A stretch of DNA of 64,000 nucleotides from positions 32,001 through 96,000 of the IMG/VR virus record IMGVR_UViG_3300036846_000555; one strand, 5' to 3'. Within the stretch, counting starts at the first letter, position 1. Every line of letters starts with the position of its first letter. The position numbers and the translations under genes were made by a program. Source of the DNA: a virus. Shown here one piece after another: positions 20,101 to 30,031 of the stretch. The notes below the pieces were generated by a model that saw nothing but the letters and a program-made list of their open reading frames with translations, ran no database searches and was not told the origin of the DNA.

Positions 20101-21903
20101 GCGCAATACAGCCAGAACTATTCGCAGCCTGCAATCCAGATACTGGGGTCTGCCACGGCCTCCGACAAGATCCAGTGCAAGGCGGGCGATTATCTTGAGC
20201 TGTACGCCCTCAACTCGCAGGGTCTGACGACGTGGTCCGGGGTCAGCGCGAACTACTTGTCTGTGGCGCTGATCGCTGCCGGGCCTGGTCCACAGGGGCA
20301 GCGCGGCTCCAACTGGTTCACGTACACGGGCGCGGGCACACCCGCTGCCGGGACGTTCACCGGCGAGCTTGACGGCGACATGGCGGTCAGGGCATCCGAT
20401 GGCGAGGTGTTCCGCCGCATCGCTGGCGCGTGGGCGGACCAGAACTGGAAGCAATCGACCGGCATGGCGACGATGGATAAGTGGCATCAGGTCGGGCAGC
20501 CCGGTGAGCCCGCTTTCCTCAACGCTTGGGTGAACTATGGCGGCACGTATGCGCCCGCGCAGTTCCGGAAGTACCCCGACGGGACGGTCAGGATCCGTGG
20601 GCTCGTGCAGGCCGGAGCCAGCAGCACGGCGGTGTTCACGCTACCGCCCGGCTACCGTCCGCAGACCGGCCAGCAGATCATCAACGCCACGGACATCAAC
20701 GCAGAGGTCCACTCGCGCTTGGAGATCTACCCCGACGGGACGGTGATCCTCATCTGGGTGGCTCCCGGCGGCAGCGGCTACGCCTCGATCAACTGCAACT
20801 TCGACACCGACACGGTGACGAACTACGCGGTTGGCACGCGGGGGGCGAACTGGTTCGCGTATAGCGGCGCGGGCGTGCCGCCGACGCCGTCGTTCACCGG
20901 CGAGATCGACAACGACATGGCCGTGCGCACCTCCGACAGCGAGGTGTTCAAACGGATCGCCGGAGTGTGGACCGACCAGAGCTACAAGGCTGGCGTGAAC
21001 ATCACGTCAACAGCACAGGTCACGGCACGGATGCACGTGGGGGCAGCCCAGACAACGAACGGCTGGACGAAGGTCGCGCTTGACACGATCGACTTCGACG
21101 CGAGCGCCACCGTTGCCGACCTACCGAATCATCGGATGATCGCTCCCACGACCGGCTACTACCGGATCACGGGCCTCGTCACCTGGGGCGGGTCAACGTG
21201 GACGGGGACTTGCATCGCTTCGGTTTACGTGAACGGAGTCGAGACCCGTGGGATGGAGCAGTACGCCACCGGGAACGGCAGCGACTTGCGGAGCTTCCTG
21301 GTTGACGATGTCTTCCGTCTGAAGCAGGGCGATGTCGTCGAGCTGTGGGCCTACTCAGCCGTGGGCTTCAGTCTCAACGTCGGCCCGGTGGCGGGGTGCT
21401 TCCTGTCCATGACGCTGGATACGGCCGGGCCCGGCCCGCAAGGACCGCCAGGACCGGGACCGGGCGGCTCGGTGCAGCGCAACATCGGCAAGTACGCGGG
21501 CTACAACACGATGTCCGGGAGTGCCAACATCCTGGACGGAGCAGGCGGCGGAGGTGCCGGGAACGCGCTGATCCTGACGGTCACGCCGACCGTGCCGTCG
21601 TGGTGGGAGGTCAACTTCTACTGCGCGAACATCCTGGCGGTATCGGCCGCGTACTACTACACGCAGCTCACAATGGGCCTCTCGCCCGCCGACCTGGATG
21701 GAATCAGCGCCACCGACGGCTGGGTGATCACGCAGCACAGCCAGGTGCAGACCTACGAGGGCCGCGCGTTCCTGCGTATCTTCCGGCTGGCGGCGAATCA
21801 GACGTACACGATCACACCGGCGCTCGCAACCTCGGGCGGCTCGTTCCAGTACTACACCGCGCCGTCACACCTCTGGATCGAAGGGAAACTATGGCCGCAG
21901 TAG
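17182..21903 (+). CDS. Central spike N-terminal domain fused to a long fibre (collagen, tail collar, three C1q-like domains)
   Basis: N-terminal ~90 aa resembles XkdR/DUF2577-type spike OB folds; GXY repeats at ~17482-17661 and ~17827-17950; collar motif [23 protein letters not shown]; C1q-like repeats. Confidence 0.8.
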   Translation: MTGKLALRDALNKHGQRMVEKHKGSHWASVIDTTPLTLDIHDYDHNVFEGDDFSLSQSLTSYRQSVGLHVDDLVLLQDVGDAWVAVDVVSDKPVPALGGGKVGPTGPIGPQGPIGNTGPIGAQGPIGNTGAQGPIGNTGPQGAQGPQGVQGVQGAVGPAGQSFTYRGAWASGTAYVLDDVVTGSDGSSYIAMQANTGHDPTTDSAHTYWSPMAIHGATGPQGAQGAQGVAGPTGPKGDQGLIGTTGNTGPTGPAGGLLYTQTIGDGSSTQFVVTHGLGTVSVQVTVYQTAAPHAEVTAEIAHTDANTITVTTTAVPASGEFTVAVNSPGGPGPQGPVGPRGSQFNTYTGSGTPPTGTFPGERDGDQAVRASDGEMFQRVNGVWVDQGWRSVGATYDSDQIGTVKTYSGATIPTNWMLADGRALQRASYPDLFTALGGTSSPWGLPDSATFNIPDLRSRMLVAAGQGAGLTARAMAAASGSESVTLDATMIPGHSHQFNVNSGYISSDHSHSLNINSGGASARHNHYTVGNQQAVPSAGSWPLAGGGASISAGAYPYMYPGANFTPNQVGTSNDLQDHGHNVSGGTSGVSANHYHNVAGGTDNGSGGGLSHSNMPPWCAIAMIVKVTGAQINPGGALQGATGQRGAIWYIWNGAGIPPAGTFVGELDGDWAIRQSDGENFERVGGVWVDQNFTNRTNATPVAARGYGVGTLTLTSGAFTKIPLDTIDHDTGGNMSTATGRFTCPSPGWYQASGSVETPVAAGARAIAAIFKNGTEVSRGSGGTADTNVTVSAALYCAAGDYLELWAYNSGAVTGNIPGGGQFRYLSVALITAGSGPQGARGAIWFTYNGTGTPATGTFSNEADNDMAMRSSDGEVFKRVSGAWVDQGWKATAGITQTPTAVRMRRAAAFSLTANTWMRLPLDTADFDTAGMASVANGRVNILTDGVYQVDANVLLNASATGTYTTVACGIYKNGAQYSQNYSQPAIQILGSATASDKIQCKAGDYLELYALNSQGLTTWSGVSANYLSVALIAAGPGPQGQRGSNWFTYTGAGTPAAGTFTGELDGDMAVRASDGEVFRRIAGAWADQNWKQSTGMATMDKWHQVGQPGEPAFLNAWVNYGGTYAPAQFRKYPDGTVRIRGLVQAGASSTAVFTLPPGYRPQTGQQIINATDINAEVHSRLEIYPDGTVILIWVAPGGSGYASINCNFDTDTVTNYAVGTRGANWFAYSGAGVPPTPSFTGEIDNDMAVRTSDSEVFKRIAGVWTDQSYKAGVNITSTAQVTARMHVGAAQTTNGWTKVALDTIDFDASATVADLPNHRMIAPTTGYYRITGLVTWGGSTWTGTCIASVYVNGVETRGMEQYATGNGSDLRSFLVDDVFRLKQGDVVELWAYSAVGFSLNVGPVAGCFLSMTLDTAGPGPQGPPGPGPGGSVQRNIGKYAGYNTMSGSANILDGAGGGGAGNALILTVTPTVPSWWEVNFYCANILAVSAAYYYTQLTMGLSPADLDGISATDGWVITQHSQVQTYEGRAFLRIFRLAANQTYTITPALATSGGSFQYYTAPSHLWIEGKLWPQ

Positions 21904-22268
21904 GGACATACGCGTTCGTGGACAAGACCGAGGGCGTGGTGACGAATCTCATCACCGCAGGTGAGGAAATCCACCCTGCCGACATCCGTGAGGACACGCA
22001 CTGGGTGGTGGACGTGACCGACCTGCCCACGCAGCCCGAGATCGGCTGGGCGTACGACGGGGCGACGTTTACTGAGCCCGTCGCTGACGTCAACCGCCGG
22101 TCGCTGAACCAAAAGGCTGCGAACGCGTTGAAGGGCAACCAGACGTTCCAGGCGCTGCAGTCGCCCACTAACGCGCAGGTGCTGGCGCAGGTGCAGGCGC
22201 TCACCCGGCAGGCGACTGCGCTGATCCGACTGGTGGCAGATCAGCTCGACACGACGGACGGGGCATAA
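21891..22268 (+). CDS. Tail fibre assembly chaperone-like protein
   Basis: ATG 21891; VDVT...PEIGWAYDGATFTEP motif typical of small fibre-associated proteins. Confidence 0.6.
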   Translation: MAAVGTYAFVDKTEGVVTNLITAGEEIHPADIREDTHWVVDVTDLPTQPEIGWAYDGATFTEPVADVNRRSLNQKAANALKGNQTFQALQSPTNAQVLAQVQALTRQATALIRLVADQLDTTDGA

Positions 22269-22270
22269 CA

Positions 22271-22603
22271 ATGCCGATCTACATCGTTTTCGTAGTCAAC
22301 CAGTCTCCGGCGGAGACCGATATAGCTCCGACGTGGGCGATGCTCAACCGGGCGGACAGCCCCGAGGACGCGGTGCAGGAGATCATTGCGACTGGCATGC
22401 TGCCGCCCAGCGACGAGGTCTACGTCAGCGACGTGACCGACGCGGACATCTTCATGGTGGAGCGCACGATCGACGTGACGATCAAGCCGGTGCCGTCCGG
22501 GGACCCGCCGCTGGTCCAGCATCTGGCCGCGGAGCTGCCCGCGGAGAGTCTTCCCGTCTCGGAGGACGTTCCCGTGTCGGGCAACGGGGGCGCTGGTGCC
22601 TGA
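22271..22603 (+). CDS. Hypothetical acidic protein
   Basis: 110-aa ORF between fibre genes. Confidence 0.55.
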   Translation: MPIYIVFVVNQSPAETDIAPTWAMLNRADSPEDAVQEIIATGMLPPSDEVYVSDVTDADIFMVERTIDVTIKPVPSGDPPLVQHLAAELPAESLPVSEDVPVSGNGGAGA

Positions 22604-25600
22604 CACCATCGGCAGGCTCCGCGCCCCGCGGCTCGCGAGCGCTCCGGCCTCCCCGGCCCGCGGCGAGGAGTACTACGACCTCGGGCTCGACCAGCTCCTG
22701 TACTGGAACGGGACGAAGTGGATCGCTGGCGCCGGGAGCGGTAACGGCGGAGGCGGTGGCGGTGGCGCCGGGCACACGATCCAGGACGAAGGGGCTGCGC
22801 TACCGGCGCGCACCAATTTGAACTTCAAGGGCGCGGGCGTCACGGCGACCGACAACGGAGCCAGCAGCTCGACGGACGTGACGATCCCCGGTGGGATGGC
22901 GGCGACCGTGGCGGCGCGCGCGTACCGCAATGCAGCGGTTGCGCTTGCCACCGGCTGGACGAAGATCCCGCTCGATACGGTGTCCTTCGACACGTCTGGG
23001 ATCGTGCAGGTTGCCCAGGGGCGCATACAGGTTCAGCAGGCGGGCTACTACCAGATCTCCGGTGGCCTGGGGGAGATCACCTATGCGGTAGGTGACTTCG
23101 TGTGCTCGATCTACGTCAACGGGGTCGAGCGCAACCGGGGGTCGCGAGCTTCGGTTGCAGCAAACTGGAACGCCTCCGAGGTGGCGGCCACGCTCCAGCT
23201 CAACGCTGGGGATTACGTCGAGATCTGGGCGTTCTGCATGGCGGCCCAGACGCTCAATGCTGGTCAAGCGAACAACAACTATCTGTCGCTGTCGCTGATC
23301 TCGTCGCTGACAGCTACGGCGGCGCCGGTCACCGCTGCGCGCGGTTATCGCAACGCTGCATTCACGGGTGTGGCGGCTCAGTGGAACAAGATCGCGCTTG
23401 ACACCACCGTCTTCGATCCCGGCGGCAACCTGCAGCTTGCCAATGGCCGCTACGTCGCACCGGCGACTGGGCAGTATCAGGTCAACGGCGAGACCGCGTG
23501 GCAGCCGGGCGCCGCCAATACGAACCTCATGTCCCACGCCGCGATCTACGTCAATGGCGCGCTGCGAACCACGGGCGGAGTTATGCCCTACACGGACAGC
23601 TCCGGCTACGTCCGCGCGAACGTCAGCGATGTCCTCAATCTGAACGCTGGCGACTACGTTGAGCTTTATAGCTACACCAGCGGGGCGTGGCCGCTCATGA
23701 CGGGGACGGGCCCCGCCTACAACTACTTGTCGATTGTTCAGGTCGGTCAGCAGTCCCAGCTTCAGAGCGGTCTGACCACGGGAGCGGTGGCCGCGCGGGC
23801 GTACCGCAATGCTGCGCTCACGCTCGCTGCCAACTTCGTCAAGGTTCCGCTCGACGCGATCTCCTTCGACACGGCGGGAATAGTGCAGACCGCCAACGGC
23901 CGCATCCAGATTCAGACGCCGGGCTACTACCAAGTTGACGCCCTCGTGAACTACGTCCCTGGTGCGAGTTCGTTCTTCATCGTGTCGGTGTACGTCAACG
24001 GCGTGGAACGGGCGCGCGGCAGCCAGATTCAGGCGTCGGTCTCAAACAACACCGCCTTTTCGGCCGCAGATGTAATGCAGCTCAACGCGGGCGACTACCT
24101 TGAGCTATGGGCATACGGGTCCGGGCCAGTGAGCCCTGGACCATCGGTGACGTATCTGGCGGTGTCGATGGTCGCAGCGTTGCCGAGCACGCCTGCGCCG
24201 GTCACCGTTGCCCGCGCATACCGGCAGGCAGCCCTCTCGATCGGTGCTGCTGCGTGGACGAAGATCCCCGTCGATACCGTCTCCACCGATCCCGGCGGGA
24301 ACATGGCGCTCGGCAGCGGTCGGTACGTGTGCCCCGCGTCGGGCTGGTATCAGGCCAATCTCGGCGCGACGCTGAGCGCGTCAGCGGGCGGCGCGATGGG
24401 CGTCTGCCTCTACAAGAACGGCGCGCAGGTCTCCAAGGAGATCTTGACCGAGGCAACGCCGACCGCCTCGGGGGTGCTGAGCGCGCACGGCTCAGACATC
24501 GTGCAATGCAACGCCGGGGACTACCTGGAGATGTACGTCTACACCAGCCAGGCGCTCAGCCTGCTCGTCGAGGCCGACGTCAACTTCCTGTCGGTCGTGA
24601 TGGTCGGGCAGACGGCGGCGGTGTACGCGACGGCGATGCAGACGGCTGCTCGGGCATACCTCATGGCGGCGTTCAGCCTCACGAGCAGTTGGCACAAGAT
24701 ACCCGTCGATACGCTCAGCTTTGACGCGAGCGGCGGGGCCATGCAGCTCGCCACCGGGCGCTACGTGTGCCCGACCGCGGGTTACTACTCGGTAGAGGGT
24801 TGCGTCGTGGTGAACAACACCACGAATGCGCTGCTTATAGCTGGGATCTACAAGAACGGAGCGAGGGTCGCGCAGGGCAGCGGCTTGGCGGCGGTGAACA
24901 CGTATGCCGAGTCGCATGTCAATGTGGCCGACGTCGTCCAGTGCAACGCTGGCGACTACCTCGAACTGTGGGGTTACGCCAGTGCGACGGAGCCTCTTTT
25001 CAACGACCCTACGAGCAACTACCTCTCCGTGGTCAAGGTCGATGTCGGTGGGCAGCGTGGAGCCCAGTGGTACACCTACACCGGCTCGGGGACGCCGCCC
25101 GCGAGCACATTCGCGGGCGAGCAGGACGGCGATCAGTGCGTGCGCTCGTCTGACAGCGAGGTGTTCAGGCGGGTCAGTGGGGCGTGGGTCGATCAGGGCT
25201 ACGCGATGGGCTACGCGATGCAGACCGCCGCGCTGCTGTACCGCAGCGCGGCGTACAGCACGACCGCAGGCACGCAGAAGGTCCCGCTCGACGCGACGAC
25301 CTTCGACGCGGGCGGCAATGTCACGCTTGCCACCAGCCGCTACGTGTGCCCGGTCGCAGGCTACTACCAGGTCAACGGCGTTATTACGGCGGGCGGCGCG
25401 ACCAGCAGCACACAGTCGATGCAGGCGATGATCTACAAGAACGGGGCCACCGCGTGCGCCGGGGGCGTCGTTGGCGGCAACCCTGGCGGGATCGGCGTCC
25501 CGGTGTCGGCCGTCCTGCAGTGTGCTGCGGGCGACTATCTGGAGCTGTACGTCTGGGCTCAGCCTGCCGGGCTTGCCTTGAGTAACAGCGCCGCCACGGT

Positions 25601-27101
25601 TTACCTCTCCGTCGTCAAGGTGGACGTGGGCGGCCGACCGGGACCGCAGGGACCGCAGGGGCAAGCGGGGCCCGCGGGAGCACCGGGCACCCTCGACGTC
25701 TACGCCCAGACTCAGAACACGTCTGCCGCCGCTCAGGCGATCCCGTCGCAGGCGTGGACGATTGTGACGCTTCCCACTCTCACCATCAGCAAGTCCGATG
25801 GGACCAATGCCGACTTCACCGCCAACGCCGACGGGTCGCTCACGATCCTGAAGGCGGGCAACTACAGCTTCGCAGCCGCCGTCTTCGCGTCGTCGGCTCT
25901 CGCCGACAACACGAACCTCAATATGTCGCTGAATCGCAAGGCGGGCGCGACCCCCACCACCGTGACCGATGGGCAGTTCGTCAACAGCGATGCCACCTAC
26001 GGAACATCGGGTAACAACTACTGCTCGATCCTCGCTGCCGCCGACCTCGTGTGCGCTGTTGGCGATCGCATCTGCGTCTTCCTCTGGCAGAGCGCTGCGC
26101 AGACGAGCTTCCGGATCGGGAACTTCTCAGCCACGCGCCAGGGCGCGGGGCCGCAGGGGCCGCCTGGGCCGACGGGCGGCAACGCGACGGTGCCGATCGA
26201 CCCGTGGCATACGGTTGGGAGCGACGGCGGCGCAACCAGTCTCCTGAATGGTTGGACCGGGACGGTCCAGTACCGCAAGGACCCGCTGGGCCGAGTGTGG
26301 GTGCGCGCTACCAACGCCAGTGGCGGCGCGACTGGCACGTCGGTGTTCACGTTGCCGGTGGGTTACCGCCCCAAGACCGACCAAGTCTTCGACAACCTCC
26401 AAGCGAGCGGAACGGCCGGAACCTATGTGGGGGTAGGCGCAGCAGGCAACGTCTCACCGACCTACGCGGGGACCGGTGTTTACATCGACCTCAGCTTCGA
26501 CACCGAGACCGTGACGCAGATGCCGACCGGGCCGACCGGGCCGACCGGGCCGCAGGGGCCGCCCGGCAACCCCGCGCCGACCGTCACCTCGCTCCCGGGC
26601 AGCCCCGTCGATGGGCAGGAGTGCTACTTCGTCGCTGACGCCACGAACGGCATCGTCTGGCATCTGAAGTACCGGGCCGCATCCTCGTCAACGTACAAGT
26701 GGGAGTGTGTTGGCGGGCCACCACTCCGCGCCGACGTGACCACGGGGCAGACCGCATCGACAGCCAGCGCATGGGTTGACCTGGCGACTCCCGGCCCGCT
26801 TGTCACCCCGCCGCTTGGCGGTGACTTCGACGTGCTGTACGGCTGTTTCATGAGCGCAGCACCGACCAGCGGGTTCATCTGGATCGCAGGGGTTGGAGTA
26901 GGCGGCGGCGCCCCAACGCGCATGGCTAGGCTGGACGGCCCGTCGGGCGGCGGAGCGGCCGTCACCTCGACTCCGTCAGACAAGTTCCGGGCGACCGGCA
27001 TTGCCGCGGGCACCACGTTCAAGATGCAGTACCAGTACGTCAACGTCACCCCGACGTGGTCCCAACGTTACCTTGAGGTGCGGCCCGTGCGAGTCGGCTG
27101 A
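22596..27101 (+). CDS. Tail fibre with six tandem C1q/TNF-like domains plus collagen segments
   Basis: 1501 aa; repeated ARAYRNAA...KIPLD...FD...GYYQ...IYxNG...GDYLELWAY...YLS units. Confidence 0.8.
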   Translation: MPDTIGRLRAPRLASAPASPARGEEYYDLGLDQLLYWNGTKWIAGAGSGNGGGGGGGAGHTIQDEGAALPARTNLNFKGAGVTATDNGASSSTDVTIPGGMAATVAARAYRNAAVALATGWTKIPLDTVSFDTSGIVQVAQGRIQVQQAGYYQISGGLGEITYAVGDFVCSIYVNGVERNRGSRASVAANWNASEVAATLQLNAGDYVEIWAFCMAAQTLNAGQANNNYLSLSLISSLTATAAPVTAARGYRNAAFTGVAAQWNKIALDTTVFDPGGNLQLANGRYVAPATGQYQVNGETAWQPGAANTNLMSHAAIYVNGALRTTGGVMPYTDSSGYVRANVSDVLNLNAGDYVELYSYTSGAWPLMTGTGPAYNYLSIVQVGQQSQLQSGLTTGAVAARAYRNAALTLAANFVKVPLDAISFDTAGIVQTANGRIQIQTPGYYQVDALVNYVPGASSFFIVSVYVNGVERARGSQIQASVSNNTAFSAADVMQLNAGDYLELWAYGSGPVSPGPSVTYLAVSMVAALPSTPAPVTVARAYRQAALSIGAAAWTKIPVDTVSTDPGGNMALGSGRYVCPASGWYQANLGATLSASAGGAMGVCLYKNGAQVSKEILTEATPTASGVLSAHGSDIVQCNAGDYLEMYVYTSQALSLLVEADVNFLSVVMVGQTAAVYATAMQTAARAYLMAAFSLTSSWHKIPVDTLSFDASGGAMQLATGRYVCPTAGYYSVEGCVVVNNTTNALLIAGIYKNGARVAQGSGLAAVNTYAESHVNVADVVQCNAGDYLELWGYASATEPLFNDPTSNYLSVVKVDVGGQRGAQWYTYTGSGTPPASTFAGEQDGDQCVRSSDSEVFRRVSGAWVDQGYAMGYAMQTAALLYRSAAYSTTAGTQKVPLDATTFDAGGNVTLATSRYVCPVAGYYQVNGVITAGGATSSTQSMQAMIYKNGATACAGGVVGGNPGGIGVPVSAVLQCAAGDYLELYVWAQPAGLALSNSAATVYLSVVKVDVGGRPGPQGPQGQAGPAGAPGTLDVYAQTQNTSAAAQAIPSQAWTIVTLPTLTISKSDGTNADFTANADGSLTILKAGNYSFAAAVFASSALADNTNLNMSLNRKAGATPTTVTDGQFVNSDATYGTSGNNYCSILAAADLVCAVGDRICVFLWQSAAQTSFRIGNFSATRQGAGPQGPPGPTGGNATVPIDPWHTVGSDGGATSLLNGWTGTVQYRKDPLGRVWVRATNASGGATGTSVFTLPVGYRPKTDQVFDNLQASGTAGTYVGVGAAGNVSPTYAGTGVYIDLSFDTETVTQMPTGPTGPTGPQGPPGNPAPTVTSLPGSPVDGQECYFVADATNGIVWHLKYRAASSSTYKWECVGGPPLRADVTTGQTASTASAWVDLATPGPLVTPPLGGDFDVLYGCFMSAAPTSGFIWIAGVGVGGGAPTRMARLDGPSGGGAAVTSTPSDKFRATGIAAGTTFKMQYQYVNVTPTWSQRYLEVRPVRVG

Positions 27102-27121
27102 CGTCACCAGAGGAGAGGAAG

Positions 27122-27814
27122 ATGACCCTGATCGCAGAGCTGGACCACGAGCAGGACCCCGCCGTCGTCGTCACGCTGTACGACTACGGCGCGGACACCG
27201 TACCGCCGCACATGACCGCGCCCGCGTTCGTGGACGTGACCGACGAGGACCCGCGACCCGAGCCGGGCTACATCTACGACGGGGAGGCGTTCGCGCCGGG
27301 TGCGCCGCAGCAACAGGAGGCAGTCAGGCAGCAGGCTGCGAGCAACGCTCTGGCGGCGGTCGATGCCAACGCGGACTTTCTGGCGTTGGCGAGCCCTACG
27401 CCTGAGCAGGTCATTGCGCAGGTAACGATCCTGACCCAGCACGTCAACGCACTGACCCGTGTGCAATTGTCGCGGGTGGCCCCGGGGCAGTATCCGATCG
27501 AGGGACTGCCGGGATTCCCGGCTACGCTGCCGCCGGTGCCGCCGGACGTCGAGCCGTCGCCTCCCGTCGCGTCGTTCACATTCACACCGGCCGACCCCCA
27601 GAAGGGCGACCAGATCCAGTTCGATGCGAGCGCGTCAACGGCGGGCTCGACTCCGATCACCCGCTACGACTGGAGCTTCGGAGACACGGCTGCGCCCGAT
27701 GCAGGCCCGACGCCGACGTACACGTTCACCAAGTTCGGCGACTATGACGTGACGCTGACGCTCACCGACGAGGACGGGCTCACCGACCAGGCCACCCAAA
27801 CGATCACGATCTAA
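27122..27814 (+). CDS. Fibre chaperone-like protein with C-terminal PKD domain
   Basis: N-half is a paralogue of 21891..22268; C-terminal PVASFTFTP...FDASAS...YDWSFGD...YTFTKFGDYDVTLTLTD is a PKD signature. Confidence 0.75.
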   Translation: MTLIAELDHEQDPAVVVTLYDYGADTVPPHMTAPAFVDVTDEDPRPEPGYIYDGEAFAPGAPQQQEAVRQQAASNALAAVDANADFLALASPTPEQVIAQVTILTQHVNALTRVQLSRVAPGQYPIEGLPGFPATLPPVPPDVEPSPPVASFTFTPADPQKGDQIQFDASASTAGSTPITRYDWSFGDTAAPDAGPTPTYTFTKFGDYDVTLTLTDEDGLTDQATQTITI

Positions 27815-27818
27815 CGCC

Positions 27819-28349
27819 ATGAGCATCATCGAACCCGACTCGCTTGACTACGACCTGATCCCACCCGACCCGGGGCTGATCAACCCGGACCTCCAGCTCG
27901 ACGCGGCGCTCGCGCCCGTCGAGGATGCCGGGCCAGACGCGCCGATCCCGTTCGGCAAGAGCTGGCGCTTCGACTTCATCGCCGGACAGTTCATCCGCGA
28001 CGGGTCCGCGCCCCAGGCGACCTACGAGCTGGACAGCCTGATCATGTGGATCGAGAAGACCGCCCGCACCGCCCGGTACGCCCACCCGATCTACTCCGAC
28101 CAGTACGGCGTCGAAGAGCCGTACGGGCTGATCGGCCAGCAGGCCGACGACGCGCTGCTGTCCGCGTACGAGGACGGGCTCACCGAGGCGCTGCTCGTCC
28201 ACGACCGGATCGTCGCGGTCGAGGGCTTCGGGTTCTCGCAGGATCCGTTTGACGAGGCGCTCTACGCGTCGTTCACAGTGGTCGTTGACGCGGCGCCGCC
28301 GCTAGAGGCGCAGCCGCTTGAATTCAGCAATATTCCGATCGCGACATGA
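27819..28349 (+). CDS. Baseplate wedge protein (XkdS/DUF2634, gp25-like)
   Basis: KSWRFDF..GQFIRDG...LIMWIEK...RY...YSDQYGVE motif. Confidence 0.8.
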   Translation: MSIIEPDSLDYDLIPPDPGLINPDLQLDAALAPVEDAGPDAPIPFGKSWRFDFIAGQFIRDGSAPQATYELDSLIMWIEKTARTARYAHPIYSDQYGVEEPYGLIGQQADDALLSAYEDGLTEALLVHDRIVAVEGFGFSQDPFDEALYASFTVVVDAAPPLEAQPLEFSNIPIAT

Positions 28350-28522
28350 TCCCCCTGTCCCAGACCTGCATAGCTTGCGGCCGAGACAAGCCCGCAGACC
28401 AGTTCTACGTCAGGAGGGACGGGCGCGAGCCTCGGCTCACCGGACGATGCAACTCGTACGCCAACACGCAGCCAGCGTGCGGTCCCTGTAACTGTCGGAA
28501 GGGCGGAAGGGTGGTGATCTGA
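28346..28522 (+). pseudogene. Internally deleted HNH endonuclease remnant (58 aa; not in the ORF track)
   Basis: MIPLSQTCIACGRDKPADQFY...ANTQPACGPCNCRKG joins a CxxC N-terminus directly to an HNH C-terminal NxQxxCxxCNxxKG motif. Confidence 0.6.
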
Positions 28523-28586
28523 AACGACCGACGTCACCGACCTCACCGAGATCTTCTCCGAGACGCTCGCGCGCGTCCGGGCCCGG

Positions 28587-30029
28587 ATGGATCAGGACGC
28601 CAACGCCGGGCTGACCGACGACGACCCGGACTGGGTCGACACCCGCGAGGGCTCGTTCTACTGGGACATGACGCAGCCGTCCGCGATGGAGTGCGCGCGG
28701 CTGTGGGATGCGATGACCGAGACGATCGCCGCGGCGTTCCCGTCGACCGCGTGGGGCGACTATCTCGACGAGCACGGCACCACGTTCGGGCTGACGCGCA
28801 ACCCGGCGACGCCCGCCACCGGGCAGCTCACGTTCCTCGCGTCAGCGGCGACGCTGATCGCGGCCGGGACGCAGGCGTCGGCGGTCGCTCCGCTGACCGG
28901 CGACGTGCAGAGCTACCAGACGACCGCGAGCGGCACGACCAGCGCGCCGCTGAAAGCGCCGACCGGCGTGGCGGTGGCCCCGAACAACGCGGGCGGCAAG
29001 CTGACCGCAGCCACCCGCTACTACCACGTGACCGCGCTGAACGCGTTCGGGGAGACGACCGGCACCGCCGACATCGCGGGCACGACGACGGGCACGGCGG
29101 GCCAGAACGTGATCACCTGGGGGGCGGTCACGGGCGCGACGTCCTACAACGTGTACGTCACGCAGACGGCGCAGTCCACCGGCGCGCTGCTCGGGAACAC
29201 GACCGCTCTGACCTACACCGACAACGGCAACGTCACGCCGAACGTCGCCGCGATCGAACCGACGACGAACACGACGTCGGGCATCACGCTCGACGCGGTC
29301 GCGTTGACGCCGGGCACGGCGGGCGACGTTGCCCCGAACGCCGTCACGTCGCTGGACACGGTGCTGCCGACGGTGATCTCGGTCACGAACCCGGTGCCGA
29401 TGGATGGCGGCACCGAGCTGGAGTCAGACGACGACTTCCGGCTGCGGATCCTCGGCGAGTACGTCGGCACGTCGGGCGGCGGGAACGTCACCGACTATCG
29501 GCGCTGGTCGGCGGGGGAGGGCGTCTCGCGCGTGGCGGTGATCCCGTGCTGGAACGTGACGGCGCAGAATCCAACGGGTGCCGGGACGGTGCTGGTCGTC
29601 GCGATGAACGCGGACGGCTCTCCGGTCGCGACCGCGACGGTCACCGCGCTGCAGGAGTTCCTTGACCCGGTGCCGGGGCTTGGGCAGGGCCAGGCTCCGG
29701 TTGGCGCGACGGTGACGGTGGTCACGTCCTCGATCCTGACGGTTACGATCTCGGCCACGGTCGTCGCCGAGAAGGGCTACTCGCTGGACGGCACCGGCAA
29801 CACCATCGCGACGCGGCAGGCGATCATGTCCGCGCTGGCGACCTACCTGCAGGGCCTGCAGCCGGGCGACACGATCATCTACGAGCACGTCCAGGCGGCC
29901 TTCTTCGTCACCGGCGTCCACAAGGTCAACAGCCTGCTGGTCAACAACGCCACCAACGACATCACGCTCGCGGCGGGCGCGTCGCCGCAGGTGGCGCTGC
30001 TGGGCACCGTGACCCTGACGGACGGCTGA
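28587..30029 (+). CDS. Baseplate J-like protein (XkdT) with FN3-like insertion
   Basis: DTREGSFYWD, WGDYLDEHG and SGGGNVTDYRRW motifs; the frame is open upstream to 28518 with no canonical start codon. Confidence 0.85.
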   Translation: MDQDANAGLTDDDPDWVDTREGSFYWDMTQPSAMECARLWDAMTETIAAAFPSTAWGDYLDEHGTTFGLTRNPATPATGQLTFLASAATLIAAGTQASAVAPLTGDVQSYQTTASGTTSAPLKAPTGVAVAPNNAGGKLTAATRYYHVTALNAFGETTGTADIAGTTTGTAGQNVITWGAVTGATSYNVYVTQTAQSTGALLGNTTALTYTDNGNVTPNVAAIEPTTNTTSGITLDAVALTPGTAGDVAPNAVTSLDTVLPTVISVTNPVPMDGGTELESDDDFRLRILGEYVGTSGGGNVTDYRRWSAGEGVSRVAVIPCWNVTAQNPTGAGTVLVVAMNADGSPVATATVTALQEFLDPVPGLGQGQAPVGATVTVVTSSILTVTISATVVAEKGYSLDGTGNTIATRQAIMSALATYLQGLQPGDTIIYEHVQAAFFVTGVHKVNSLLVNNATNDITLAAGASPQVALLGTVTLTDG

Positions 30030-30031
30030 GC

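Noticed and set aside
17182-27101. Diversity-generating retroelement acting on the fibre repeats
   Set aside because: No reverse transcriptase motif was seen in the window, and the repeat copies differ at all bases rather than only at adenines; no near-identical TR/VR pair was noticed.
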